A stretch of DNA of 64,000 nt, from positions 32,001-96,000 of IMG/VR virus record IMGVR_UViG_3300014205_000004; one strand, written 5' to 3'. Of the stretch, positions 1 through 8,814 are shown one piece after another. The DNA comes from a virus. Taxonomy: Duplodnaviria > Caudoviricetes. The first letter of the stretch is position 1. The number at the start of each line of letters is the position of its first letter. A program made the position numbers and the translations under genes. The notes under the pieces were generated by a model. It did no database searches and was not told where the DNA came from. It worked only from the letters and a program-made list of their open reading frames with translations.

Positions 1-374
1 AACTCCTCGACGTTCTCGACCATGATGATTTCGGGATGCACTTCCCGCGCCCAATTCACCACCACCCAGGCGAGGTCGCGAATCTTCTTCTCGACCGGCC
101 TGCCGCCCTTGGCCTTGCTGAAGTGCTTGCAGTCCGGGGAGAACCAAGCCAGACCTACGGGGAGGCCGCTGGTCACTTCCTTCGGGTCAACGCTCCAGAT
201 GTCCTGCACGTAGTGCGTAGCGTCCGGATGGTTGGCCGTGTGCATGATGATGGCTTCGGGGTCGTGGTTGATGGCGATATCGACCTGGCGGTTGAGGGCC
301 ATCTCGATACCGGTGGATGCTCCACCGCCGCCTGCAAAGTTGTCGGCGATGAGCTTCTGGGTGGTCAGGGTCAG
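1..374 (-). CDS. dcm: C5 DNA cytosine methyltransferase (N-terminal part; runs off window)
   Basis: Manual translation LTLTTQKLIADNFAGGGGASTGIEMA...AINHDPEAI...WFSPDCKHFSKAKG...IIMVENVEE contains motif I (FAGxGG), catalytic SPDC and ENV. Apparent CTG start at 374 overlaps the upstream TGA, 7 nt after GGAGG. Confidence 0.92.
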   Translation of the reverse strand, partial: MTLTTQKLIADNFAGGGGASTGIEMALNRQVDIAINHDPEAIIMHTANHPDATHYVQDIWSVDPKEVTSGLPVGLAWFSPDCKHFSKAKGGRPVEKKIRDLAWVVVNWAREVHPEIIMVENVEE

Positions 375-703
375 CTAGTTTCCTCCTGCAAAAAGTTGGT
401 GGCCTCTGAGACGGCCTCTTCTTTTGCGCCCTCCAGGTCGTCGCGAGCAATCGCCAAGGCTTGGAAAAGCAGCAAGTTGTTCTCCAGTTTTGCCTCGATG
501 GAGGCGCACACGTAGCGCAGCGTGGTGGGTCTCAGGACCTTCAGATCCTTTCCGTCGGCAGAGGCATAAAGGATCTTCACGTTCCCGTACGCATCTGGCG
601 AGACTCTCCACGAACCATCGAATGACTGTTCGAAGAATGTGTAATCATCCTCCACTTCCTTGACTTTGTTCTTCAGCTGTTTGTACGTTTCAAGACTGTT
701 CAC
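371..703 (-). CDS. hypothetical protein
   Basis: 110-aa ORF with AAGGAG upstream, coupled to neighbours. Confidence 0.7.
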   Translation of the reverse strand: MNSLETYKQLKNKVKEVEDDYTFFEQSFDGSWRVSPDAYGNVKILYASADGKDLKVLRPTTLRYVCASIEAKLENNLLLFQALAIARDDLEGAKEEAVSEATNFLQEETS

Positions 704-719
704 TTTTGGCGTTACTCCT

Positions 720-1178
720 TTAAGCGGCTTCGGCTTCGGGGTAGGGGTAGCAGGCGCAACAGAACCGTTGCGTGCTCTTCCCTTTCAGCAAGTACACACG
801 CCCGCCCATCGCGATGCGGCTGGAGCACGCAGAGCAATGTCGGTCGGTGGTGGTCTTGGCGCGAATCAGCCGGACACCCGTTGGCCAAAATGTCTGAGCC
901 TTCCGACTGCTTATCGTGCAGCGACGGCTTGGTCCGGTTATGAGGTTGTGCTCGACTTTGCCTTGGCTCAGTCGGCGACGGATTGCGTCGTGACCGTCTT
1001 TTTCCGTCGTCGGAAATTCAGGAAATTCTCTCTCGAAGAGGGCACCGTACTCCCTGGGCGTTCGGCCGGGCCACATGTCGACCAGCGTCAGGGCGATTTC
1101 CAGGAGGGCGTTGATGGGCGCGCTGTCTTCAGCGTCATGAGAGCTTTCAGGATCACTGTTACGAGAGTTGCGACTCAT
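720..1178 (-). CDS. hypothetical protein with C-terminal zinc-binding motif
   Basis: CSAC...CCAC; fits operon packing. Confidence 0.65.
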   Translation of the reverse strand: MSRNSRNSDPESSHDAEDSAPINALLEIALTLVDMWPGRTPREYGALFEREFPEFPTTEKDGHDAIRRRLSQGKVEHNLITGPSRRCTISSRKAQTFWPTGVRLIRAKTTTDRHCSACSSRIAMGGRVYLLKGKSTQRFCCACYPYPEAEAA

Positions 1179-1191
1179 GTTTGTCTTCTAG

Positions 1192-1542
1192 CTACTCACA
1201 GATGCAGATGGTTTTGTGGACGAGACTGCCGGCTCGTCGTAGTTGTTCGATGCAGAGGCGACCAGCAGCCATCGCCTCGTCTTTGGTTGGAAGGTCAGCG
1301 ACGCACTCGACGCCACCGATCTTGAGATGGAGGTACACGGACCAGAACTCGGCCTCTCCTGCGCCGCAGCGTTCGATGTGCTTGCGTTCGTTGCCTTCGT
1401 AGCGGACGGCGGAGACTTCTACTCCGTCGTAGTGGTCCAGAGCGAGGCTGGGTGCGCCCAGCCAAGCGTTTCGCAGTGGGGTTATTCGACCCAACCCTTC
1501 GCTTTCGCAACGGCTTCGATCATGGCGAGACGGGCGCGGCAT
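1192..1542 (-). CDS. hypothetical protein (true start probably near 1485-1494)
   Basis: ORF containing FWSVYLH...ECVADL; fits operon packing. Confidence 0.6.
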   Translation of the reverse strand: MPRPSRHDRSRCESEGLGRITPLRNAWLGAPSLALDHYDGVEVSAVRYEGNERKHIERCGAGEAEFWSVYLHLKIGGVECVADLPTKDEAMAAGRLCIEQLRRAGSLVHKTICICE

Positions 1543-2147
1543 TCAGCCCCTACGATCTCCCCATGAGGATGTTCGCCATCCCAGTGTGCGTGGGCTTCGG
1601 CCAGTGTGAAGCGGCGGCATCCAGCCTGTACCAGCAATCCGCCATCGGGCGAATACGTGGCGTACCAGAGATAGCCCCGCGTGTCCGTCCCGGCAAGGAT
1701 GAGGTTCGCACCCCAGAGGTCCGCATTCCGGAGGTCCGCGCCCCGGAGGTTCGCGTCCCGGAGGTTCGCGCCCCAGAGGTCCGCGCCCCGGAGGTTCGCG
1801 TCCCGGAGGTCCGCACCCCGGAGGTTCGCTTCCCGGAGGTCCGCGCCCCGGAGGTCCGCGCCCCGGAGGTTCGCGTCCCGGAGGTTCGCGCCCCAGAGGT
1901 CCGCGCCCCGGAGGTTCGCGTCCCGGAGGTCCGCACCCCGGAGGTTCGCACCCCAGAGGTCCGCATCCCGGAGGTCCGCATCCCAGAGGTCCGCACCCCA
2001 GAGGTCCGCGTCCCGGAGGTCCGCGCCCCGGAGGTCCGCCCGGCTTTCACCGGCGGCCTCCGCGACTGTGGTGGCGGTTTCCGAGTGGAACGCGACCGTC
2101 CCGTCCCGTCGATAGATTGTAATTCCTTCGCTAGTCATTTGCCTCAC
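1482..2147 (-). CDS. pentapeptide repeat protein with DUF5758-like C-terminus
   Basis: About 22 A(D/N)L(R/W)(G/D) repeats, then VQAGCRRFTLAEAHAHW. Confidence 0.92.
   Translation of the reverse strand: MRQMTSEGITIYRRDGTVAFHSETATTVAEAAGESRADLRGADLRDADLWGADLWDADLRDADLWGANLRGADLRDANLRGADLWGANLRDANLRGADLRGADLREANLRGADLRDANLRGADLWGANLRDANLRGADLRNADLWGANLILAGTDTRGYLWYATYSPDGGLLVQAGCRRFTLAEAHAHWDGEHPHGEIVGAECRARLAMIEAVAKAKGWVE
1705..2040. repeat. 15-bp coding tandem repeat with a near-exact 120-bp-period duplication
   Basis: ggaggt(c/t)cgc unit every 15 nt; lines 1741 and 1861 are identical. Confidence 0.95.
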
Positions 2148-2374
2148 GAGCGTTCAGCGAAGAAGAGGCGCGCTTCGGTGAGCGTCCTGCAGTAGTCGCC
2201 GATGAAGGTGTTGCCTTCCTTGTCGCAGCGCCAGACGGCGTACGGGTGGTAGGCGTTTGCCAGGGAGATGTCCACCAGGACGATGAAGCCCTCGCGGGTT
2301 CGGTCCTGCTTCCAGTCAATGACCGGATGTCCGTTCTTGAGGTAGGGTTTCTCGATGACTCGGGGGTTGTTCAT
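2144..2374 (-). CDS. hypothetical protein
   Basis: MNNPRVIEK... with GGAG RBS and ATGA overlap. Confidence 0.7.
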   Translation of the reverse strand: MNNPRVIEKPYLKNGHPVIDWKQDRTREGFIVLVDISLANAYHPYAVWRCDKEGNTFIGDYCRTLTEARLFFAERS

Positions 2375-2550
2375 TCCCACTCCTTGTACCCGGTTCCTGG
2401 CCGGCGTCCTTCGGTCCACCTGAAGCCGCAGTCAACGCATTTCCATTGACGTCGGCCATCGCCAGGTGAGTTGGATGTCAGTTCGATGTTGCGGCTGCCG
2501 CAGGGGCACCAACGTCGCAGGCTCCTTCGAGACTGCATCTGGTTAGCCAC
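2371..2550 (-). CDS. small zinc-ribbon protein (59 aa)
   Basis: Manual: MANQMQSRRSLRRWCPCGSRNI...WKCVDCGFRW; fills the gap exactly. Confidence 0.55.
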   Translation of the reverse strand: MANQMQSRRSLRRWCPCGSRNIELTSNSPGDGRRQWKCVDCGFRWTEGRRPGTGYKEWE

Positions 2551-2552
2551 GG

Positions 2553-2891
2553 CTACTCAGGAAGGTCAGGGCAGTCGTCACCGTTTTCCTCCTGACACAG
2601 GTACGGCTCAGCGCAGTCCTTGTTGGAATGGTACGAGATGTCTGGAGGAGTAAAGGAGTCAGCGCAATCGCACCCGAAGGAGCCAACGCACTCCTCCACG
2701 CACAGGTCAAACGACACGGCTTCTCCTGCGGTTGACAGCTGCTGGACGATGAACTCTCGAATCTCGTCCAGGTCCTTGACTCTAGCGAGTTTTGGAAGCT
2801 CGACGTAGACACCGATCGACACAGCGACCGGACAAAAGTCCTGCATCGTTTCGTTGTCACCGGGCATTTCGGTGAGTCTCACGTCTGCCAT
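2553..2891 (-). CDS. acidic Cys-rich hypothetical protein
   Basis: GGAGG RBS; MADVRLTEMPG... Confidence 0.7.
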   Translation of the reverse strand: MADVRLTEMPGDNETMQDFCPVAVSIGVYVELPKLARVKDLDEIREFIVQQLSTAGEAVSFDLCVEECVGSFGCDCADSFTPPDISYHSNKDCAEPYLCQEENGDDCPDLPE

Positions 2892-2895
2892 AGTG

Positions 2896-3348
2896 CTAGT
2901 CCTCCGTTTGTGGGGGATGGTCCCCGTAGGCGTGCTTGTCGGAGTAATCATGGATGCACCAGCCACGGCCGAGTCGCAGTTCGCCGGCGATGTCCTTGCC
3001 GTATTCCTGCAAGAACTCCGGCGTCAGCGGGTCCATGCCCAGGCTGACGCGGTACATGAACGCTTGTGCTGCCTTGCGGGATGCCTCTGGGTACTCCAGA
3101 GCCTCGCCGTCCGGGTCTCGGTAGCCGCCCCACCAACCGATCCTGAGCATTTCGGTGATGTTGTTGATGAGCCGCGGCTTCTCGGCTTCGGTTGGGGGGT
3201 GGTCCCGAAGGTAGGCGTCGTTTTCGGCCTTGACCAAGGCCTGGGTTGCAGGGGCGATGCTGCCGATGTCCCAGTAGGAGCCCCACATCGCCTCGCGGCT
3301 GTCGAATTCCTCGGGCGTCGGGCAGTCTTGCTTGATGCAGAATGTCAT
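2896..3348 (-). CDS. hypothetical protein
   Basis: 150 aa, AAGGAGG RBS. Confidence 0.75.
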   Translation of the reverse strand: MTFCIKQDCPTPEEFDSREAMWGSYWDIGSIAPATQALVKAENDAYLRDHPPTEAEKPRLINNITEMLRIGWWGGYRDPDGEALEYPEASRKAAQAFMYRVSLGMDPLTPEFLQEYGKDIAGELRLGRGWCIHDYSDKHAYGDHPPQTED

Positions 3349-3382
3349 TGCGGTAGACCCTCCTTCTTCAAGGCGATGCGTT

Positions 3383-3619
3383 TCACTGAGCCTCCTGCAC
3401 GTCGATGACTTCCCCGCAGCCCATCTGCTCCAGCTGAGGCAGGTACTCGCTGCTGAACATGTCGATCTCTTCCGGTGCGCCGATGCGCAGCCGGCTCTCC
3501 ACCTGGGCCGCGGCTTCGTCTTCAGAGTCAGCGGCGACGAGCACGGTCAGCTGGACGGTCTCTTCGATGGTGACGGCGTAGATGCTGTCAACGTCCTTAC
3601 GCTTGAATGCATTGGGCAT
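3383..3619 (-). CDS. acidic hypothetical protein
   Basis: AAGGAG RBS directly downstream of a promoter. Confidence 0.75.
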   Translation of the reverse strand: MPNAFKRKDVDSIYAVTIEETVQLTVLVAADSEDEAAAQVESRLRIGAPEEIDMFSSEYLPQLEQMGCGEVIDVQEAQ

Positions 3620-3655
3620 ACCGTTGTGTCTCCTTGACTGCTCGGGCGGTGCCAG

Positions 3656-3685
3656 AGCTTACATTGCCGTAGACGACTCTGTCAA
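3656..3685 (-). promoter_or_regulatory. host sigma-70-type promoter
   Basis: TTGACA-18 nt-TAAGCT on the minus strand. Confidence 0.75.
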
Positions 3686-3910
3686 CGCAAGTACGTGAGT
3701 TGCTCGCCACTGACGCTGTCGTAGTTGATCTGACGCCCGCGAGTGACGCCATCGATGGCGCGCTGAAGCCTCGCAATGTCCGACACTGGTAAGCCTGCGT
3801 GACTCATTTGTCGGACGGCGAGCTTCGCCTCCCACACGAGGCGGAGGACGTCTTGCTTTGTTGATTGGGTCTCGGGGGACGGGGTTCGCTTTCGAAAGCG
3901 CTGTGAAGGG

Positions 3911-4231
3911 CTAGCCGCCGTTGCGCGGCTCCGGCAGGTGATGCATGTTGGGGGCGAACTTAGCCTTCAACGCGTCGGACTCGTACCAATCCCCGTAAAC
4001 ACCGGGGTGCTCCAGGAACGTCGGGTGTTCGCCGGCTAGCTTTCCGAGCACGTCAAAGAGTGCGTTAGCCCATCCACGCGTGTATTCGCTGTAGTAAGCA
4101 GCAGCTTCAGCGCGCCTGGCGAGTTCCCGCAGCAAGGCCCACTGGTCTTCTTCACCTTCCGGCGAAGGGTCCAACCAGACGCAGTGGTCCTTGCACTTCC
4201 TGTGGGCTTTCTCGTCGTGCTTGGCTCTCAT
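3911..4231 (-). CDS. hypothetical protein
   Basis: 106 aa, ATGA coupling. Confidence 0.7.
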   Translation of the reverse strand: MRAKHDEKAHRKCKDHCVWLDPSPEGEEDQWALLRELARRAEAAAYYSEYTRGWANALFDVLGKLAGEHPTFLEHPGVYGDWYESDALKAKFAPNMHHLPEPRNGG

Positions 4232-4467
4232 TCGCCGTACTCAATGTCCGCTCGGGAGAGAGCCGGCTCACCAATACTGACGCGCCTGTGCCAGTCCTCG
4301 ACGCTGTTGTAGAGGCAGGCTTGACCGTAGCCGATGACGATGACGCCCTCACGCTCGACGGTGTAGCTGTCCCAGGGAGTTCTCTCTTCCGTCAGGTATG
4401 CGACGTGGAGAATGGTGATGATCTCACCACCTCCTCCAACGTCATCCGTACATTTGAGGATCCTCAC
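4228..4467 (-). CDS. hypothetical protein
   Basis: 79 aa, coupled. Confidence 0.65.
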   Translation of the reverse strand: MRILKCTDDVGGGGEIITILHVAYLTEERTPWDSYTVEREGVIVIGYGQACLYNSVEDWHRRVSIGEPALSRADIEYGE

Positions 4468-4498
4468 TCGACTTCCTTCATCTTCTCGTTCGACCTCG

Positions 4499-4927
4499 CT
4501 AGGCGAGGTCGATTCCTACGCTCTCTAATAGTTCTGCGAAGATAGCGATGTCCTGTTCTTCCCAAATCGGATCCGCATTGGTTTTGGCAACGCGGAAAGT
4601 GAAGCCGTCAGGGCCGGTCAGTTCCCAAACCGAGATGTGGTTCTCGCCTTCACCACCTTCGGTGAGGAAACGAGCGGCGGAGATGCCAAGCGCCTTGGCT
4701 TCAGCCTCGATGCCAGCAGAGTTGAGTTCCTCGATTGGGGTGAGGTTCTCACTGTCCTGCTCCAGCGCCTCAAAGCACGCCGAGACGCGCCCACTCCGAG
4801 TGTGGTACATCTTGTGGCCCATCTCGATTCGGGCCGGGTTGCCGGTCGCCGTACGCGGCTGGCCGTCCAGCGAGCGGCACTGCGGGCAGGATGCCGCTGC
4901 GGTGTGATATGTGGAGTTCGTTGCCAT
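4499..4927 (-). CDS. hypothetical protein
   Basis: MATNSTYHT...CPQC; AAAGG RBS. Confidence 0.65.
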   Translation of the reverse strand: MATNSTYHTAAASCPQCRSLDGQPRTATGNPARIEMGHKMYHTRSGRVSACFEALEQDSENLTPIEELNSAGIEAEAKALGISAARFLTEGGEGENHISVWELTGPDGFTFRVAKTNADPIWEEQDIAIFAELLESVGIDLA

Positions 4928-4968
4928 TGTTCTGCCTTTCAGTCTGATTTGGGTCTTGCGGTATGGGT

Positions 4969-5370
4969 TCACTCGACCTCCTCCCACGTCCACGAGTACA
5001 TGCCGAGGGCCCACACTTCCTTCGGGCCTTCAGGGGTGCTGATGGTCAGTGCCTCGTAGTGAATGTCCTGAAGACCTTCAGCCTCTTCTACAGACCCCTC
5101 CTCGTAGTCACCCCTTTCGCAGATAACACCAGGGTAAGGGTAGTCAGACCACATGATGTCCACCCATTCAGGTGCCACATGCTGCTCTGCTCGGAGCTTG
5201 TTGTGCAGTTCGACGTAGCGATTGGCTTCGTCGCGCTCGAAGAGCGGACAGGCCCACCCGTTCCAGAGCTTTCCGTCCGTCCAGCCTTCGAACGAGACGT
5301 CGTCTGGTAGCCACTCCGCGGTGAAGCGGGTCTTCCGGAATTGCTTAGGCATCATCTGGCTTGGCTCCAT
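4969..5370 (-). CDS. acidic phage hypothetical protein (WNGW motif)
   Basis: EGWTDGKLWNGWACPLF; AGGAAGGA RBS. Confidence 0.75.
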   Translation of the reverse strand: MEPSQMMPKQFRKTRFTAEWLPDDVSFEGWTDGKLWNGWACPLFERDEANRYVELHNKLRAEQHVAPEWVDIMWSDYPYPGVICERGDYEEGSVEEAEGLQDIHYEALTISTPEGPKEVWALGMYSWTWEEVE

Positions 5371-6068
5371 CAGTCCTTCCTGAAGACGTAGATACCGTAT
5401 GCGTTGTCGTCGTACGGGTGGGCTTCGACGGACGAGTAGTCACCGCCCCGGAACAGATCCTTCGCCCAAGCGTCGACCGCGTGGCTCATGTAGCCTGCGA
5501 GCGGGTGGCGTACCTTCTTATGGCCGTAGCCGTTTGGGTCTTCCATCTCGTCCGGGTCGCCGTAGCAGTCTTCATACAAGTGCGCGCCGAAGGCTTCCTC
5601 GTCGTCCCACTCGCCCTGGTACTCGTCGGTGAACGATTCGAGGAAGGAAAGGTCTGGGCTGTCGTCGTAGCAAGCGTCGCTCCAGTTGTACCACGCTGCG
5701 AAGGCTGCGCCGTGCTCCTCAAGCTTCTCGGCGATGGCTGCGACCTTGGCGAAGCTTTCGTTCTCACCCAGGCCCATGTGGGCGAAGCCGTCGTAGTCGT
5801 GGATGGCCCACTCCTCGGCGCTCTCCACCTGGCCGGAGCCGTTGCAGTGGCCGCAATCTACGCGGCCACCCATGTCGCTTGAGAAGCTTCCGTCGCCGAA
5901 GCACTCAGGGCATTCAACCGTGGTGTTCGGGAACGTGGAATCACGGAGCAGTGCCGCGACTTCTTCCTGGATGTGGTCCTCACCGAGTGTCGCGTCGATC
6001 CACTTACCGTGGTGGACGCCGTTGTTGTAGCTTGCCAGGCAAGCTACATAGATCCGGTAATCAGAAAT
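5370..6068 (-). CDS. ardA: ArdA anti-restriction DNA mimic with inserted DnaJ-like zinc finger
   Basis: Frame extended from the ORF track gives ISDYRIYVACLASYNNGVHHGKWIDA...EEWAIHDYDGF...YQGEWDDEEAF...IYVFRKD; very acidic; ATT start 7 nt after AAGGAG. Confidence 0.9.
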   Translation of the reverse strand: MSDYRIYVACLASYNNGVHHGKWIDATLGEDHIQEEVAALLRDSTFPNTTVECPECFGDGSFSSDMGGRVDCGHCNGSGQVESAEEWAIHDYDGFAHMGLGENESFAKVAAIAEKLEEHGAAFAAWYNWSDACYDDSPDLSFLESFTDEYQGEWDDEEAFGAHLYEDCYGDPDEMEDPNGYGHKKVRHPLAGYMSHAVDAWAKDLFRGGDYSSVEAHPYDDNAYGIYVFRKD

Positions 6069-6083
6069 GCGCGTACTCCTTCT

Positions 6084-6392
6084 CTACCAGTCGTAAGTTG
6101 GGATCGGCTCGTGGAAAGCCCCGTCCCGGTCGAAGCGGAGGATGTCGACGTCCTCGACCATTGCGGCTTCGATGATGTCGATGAATGTGGTTGAGAATCC
6201 GAAGCCCAGGGCATCGGTTCTCTCCTCGGGCCCCCACTCGCTAGGGACCACGACGAAGAATCCCTCCGGGTAGATCATCACCCGGAATGGGTCTTCCGGT
6301 TGATAGCGGGCGAGTAGTCGTTCGTCCCCGGTCGTGAGATGCCCGGTGGACAAATCCGCGTAGTTGTAGATGTACTGGTTGTCGAGGTTCAC
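6084..6392 (-). CDS. DUF5983-like protein
   Basis: DLSTGHL...YPEGFFV...LRFDRDG...IPTYDW. Confidence 0.7.
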   Translation of the reverse strand: MNLDNQYIYNYADLSTGHLTTGDERLLARYQPEDPFRVMIYPEGFFVVVPSEWGPEERTDALGFGFSTTFIDIIEAAMVEDVDILRFDRDGAFHEPIPTYDW

Positions 6393-6637
6393 GTCATCAC
6401 CAAGAAGGTCTGACCGCCTTCGCCGGACCAAATGCCAGCGCGTTCGTGGCCGGCTATCCGGGCTGGTGGACAGAACTCGTAGAACGTGACCTTGACGCAA
6501 GTGCCAGGGGCTTGCATCCCAAGGTCCACAAGGCGGGCACGGACGAGTGCGACCGCCTCAACCAAGTCGTTGGCCGATACCATGCCGAAGTCGCCGTCGG
6601 CTTCTTCTTCGCGGTAGAAGTAGTAGCTGTGGTCCAT
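6389..6637 (-). CDS. hypothetical protein
   Basis: 82 aa, MDHSYYFYREE... Confidence 0.7.
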   Translation of the reverse strand: MDHSYYFYREEEADGDFGMVSANDLVEAVALVRARLVDLGMQAPGTCVKVTFYEFCPPARIAGHERAGIWSGEGGQTFLVMT

Positions 6638-7040
6638 ACGATTCTAGCCGTTGGTTTCCCGCTGGTGCAGGGCATCCTGAATCGCCTCGATGGCCTTGAT
6701 GACTGCTTCTGGCGTGATTGAGTCGTCACCCTTGTTGTGGCTGATGTGATCGTAGATTTCCCTTGCGTCGCAAGTCCACGGCAGGTTTGTGTTCCAGTCC
6801 TCTTCGACCTGAAATCCAATACCAATGGTGCCGAACTTGGGGAAGGCGACGATAGCCTGCGCTTCGCTGAGACGAATGCGGTAGAGCCAATAATCCTCGC
6901 CGATTGGCGGGGTTACCATCACGATTCCCCCTTGCGGCATGCTCAGCGTGTCGTTGGTCATTGTGAATTTCTCGTTGATTTCAATTCTCATGGTTTCGAG
7001 CTCCTGATCTCTCTTCGCGGTAGAAGTAGTAGCTGTGGTC
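6606..7040. repeat. 29-bp exact direct repeat (6606-6634 and 7012-7040) flanking CDS 6644-6991
   Basis: tcttcgcggtagaagtagtagctgtggtc occurs twice. Confidence 0.95.
6644..6991 (-). CDS. hypothetical protein
   Basis: 115 aa, AGGAG RBS. Confidence 0.8.
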   Translation of the reverse strand: MRIEINEKFTMTNDTLSMPQGGIVMVTPPIGEDYWLYRIRLSEAQAIVAFPKFGTIGIGFQVEEDWNTNLPWTCDAREIYDHISHNKGDDSITPEAVIKAIEAIQDALHQRETNG

Positions 7041-7051
7041 GTCCATTAGTG

Positions 7052-7420
7052 TCACTCCTTACACTCTCCTTCGTGTTCCTTCTCTCCGCATCCGTCGCAG
7101 GTAGGCTGGGACCCCCAGATCCATCCCATGACGTAGGCTCCAGCACTTTCCCCGCACGAGAAGATTGGGCCAAACCCACTGTCGTCGATCTCGACTCCCC
7201 CATCGCGACACAGCTTCGACGCGTCTTCCAGGATGGCGTCGTGGTCGTGGTCGAAACCACACTCTTCACCAGGCGCGTCACCGATGACGTGCGGGATTTC
7301 GGCGAGTCGAAGCATGTCGATGGCAAGCTGTCTCACTTCGGCCAGTGGGATGCTTATCTCCGAGGCTCCTCCTCCAAAGACTTTGATTTCCTTGTTGGTC
7401 CTGCCGACACCGACTTTCAT
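7052..7420 (-). CDS. acidic hypothetical protein
   Basis: 122 aa, AAGGAG RBS, ATGA overlap. Confidence 0.7.
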   Translation of the reverse strand: MKVGVGRTNKEIKVFGGGASEISIPLAEVRQLAIDMLRLAEIPHVIGDAPGEECGFDHDHDAILEDASKLCRDGGVEIDDSGFGPIFSCGESAGAYVMGWIWGSQPTCDGCGEKEHEGECKE

Positions 7421-7626
7421 TCCATCTCCTTCTGTTGCCTGATGAAGTAGGTCAGGTCGTCCATCGTGGTCGAGTGCAGACGAGCCATGTCGGGGAGGTT
7501 ACCGTCCAACTCTTCCCAACCAGCTATTGGTTCGTAGTAGATGTCGCCGTGCGATTCGACGAGCGAATCGATGTAGCGCGCGAGCACAGCGGCGTGCTCG
7601 CGCACAAACTTAGCTGTGACAGGCAC
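7417..7626 (-). CDS. hypothetical protein
   Basis: 69 aa, coupled. Confidence 0.65.
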   Translation of the reverse strand: MPVTAKFVREHAAVLARYIDSLVESHGDIYYEPIAGWEELDGNLPDMARLHSTTMDDLTYFIRQQKEME

Positions 7627-7904
7627 TAGGGCGCTCCGAAGGAGAGGTCCTGAACGTTCCGCTTCCGGGTAGCGTTGACCATCTCATCCAGGTCGTAGGT
7701 GGACCAGCGATTCGCCTCGTCGGCTGAGAGGAATACGGCTGCCGCCACGATGTCGTCAACCGTACGGTCGCACTCAACCACCTGACCCGGGTCGGCGTAC
7801 TCGATCGTGGTGAAATGGTCGTTCTCACGTACAGCGGTAATGGCGTTGATGGAGATGGCAACCCTGTGCTTTTGCCGGTCTGTAAACGTGATGAACTTGT
7901 TCAT
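7626..7904 (-). CDS. hypothetical protein
   Basis: MNKFITFTD...; coupled. Confidence 0.7.
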   Translation of the reverse strand: MNKFITFTDRQKHRVAISINAITAVRENDHFTTIEYADPGQVVECDRTVDDIVAAAVFLSADEANRWSTYDLDEMVNATRKRNVQDLSFGAP

Positions 7905-7906
7905 GG

Positions 7907-8137
7907 TTAGTTCTCGTCCTCCCATATCCCTGTGCCTTCGCCGATCGGTGCGCCGGCATCGGCCATTTCAAGCGCGTTGACGAAGAGCTTGGCGTACTTC
8001 TCCTCGAAGAACTCAGCCAGGTACTCGTATTCCGGGAACTCGCTCGTGTCTGCGAAGTGCCGGTCAGATGCTTCCTTGCTTGGGAACACGAGGAACCCGT
8101 CGCACGTTGCAGTGATGGTGTAGGTTGGTTCAGGCAA
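7907..8137 (-). CDS. acidic hypothetical protein
   Basis: ORF fits operon packing. Confidence 0.6.
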   Translation of the reverse strand: MPEPTYTITATCDGFLVFPSKEASDRHFADTSEFPEYEYLAEFFEEKYAKLFVNALEMADAGAPIGEGTGIWEDEN

Positions 8138-8594
8138 CGTCGGACCCATCAGCCAGCATCTTCGCTGCCTCAACCACCCAGGTGCTGGTGTTCATGAACT
8201 TGGCGAAGCCGTTGAGGACTACGGCTGCCCCTCCCCCGAACGCGTCAAGTCGTGGCTTCGAGCAGGTGTTTGCCCATTCGAAGCCGATAGGCTTGTCCCG
8301 GTGGTGCTCGTAGGTCCAGCGTTTCAGTACCTCAATGAGTCCGTCGATGTCCCCGCTCTCCTCTTCGTGGAACCAGATGCTGCCGTCGTCTTCTCCTCCT
8401 CCCTGCCAGTCAGCGCGGGAGTACCTCATGTCCTCACCGTAACGGTCGGTTAAGGCGACGAGTTCTTCATCGTCTACGTCACCCCAAGCGCCTTCGTAGA
8501 TGGCATTGGCGGCATCAAGAAGCTTCTTGAGTTCCTTGATAGCATCCGGGTTGTCTTCGACGATGAAGCTGTAGCTGGTGTAGTAGTTAGCCAC
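8130..8594 (-). CDS. acidic conserved hypothetical protein
   Basis: ANYYTSYSF...FEWANTCSKPRLDAFGGGA motif. Confidence 0.75.
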   Translation of the reverse strand: MANYYTSYSFIVEDNPDAIKELKKLLDAANAIYEGAWGDVDDEELVALTDRYGEDMRYSRADWQGGGEDDGSIWFHEEESGDIDGLIEVLKRWTYEHHRDKPIGFEWANTCSKPRLDAFGGGAAVVLNGFAKFMNTSTWVVEAAKMLADGSDVA

Positions 8595-8814
8595 CCGTTG
8601 TCTCCGTATGGTAGTGTTGTCGCGCCCGGTCGAGTGCATCATCAAACGACTCGAACTCCGCCCGAAGATCCGACCAGTGCATTAGGTCGGCCAGCAAGTC
8701 AGTCAGGGCGTGTTCTGGGTCATCCTTCGTCGTCTTGAGGTAGGTGATGATGGCTTCGTCAGCGAAAGTTGCTCTGTCTTCGTTCGTCGGTACGTTCCAG
8801 TCCGGGAGCGCCAT
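8587..8814 (-). CDS. small acidic protein (DLLADLMHW motif)
   Basis: 75 aa, coupled. Confidence 0.75.
   Translation of the reverse strand: MALPDWNVPTNEDRATFADEAIITYLKTTKDDPEHALTDLLADLMHWSDLRAEFESFDDALDRARQHYHTETTGG

Noticed and set aside
1705-2040. Regular repeat resembling a CRISPR array
   Set aside because: 15-bp period with no unique spacers; fully explained by pentapeptide coding
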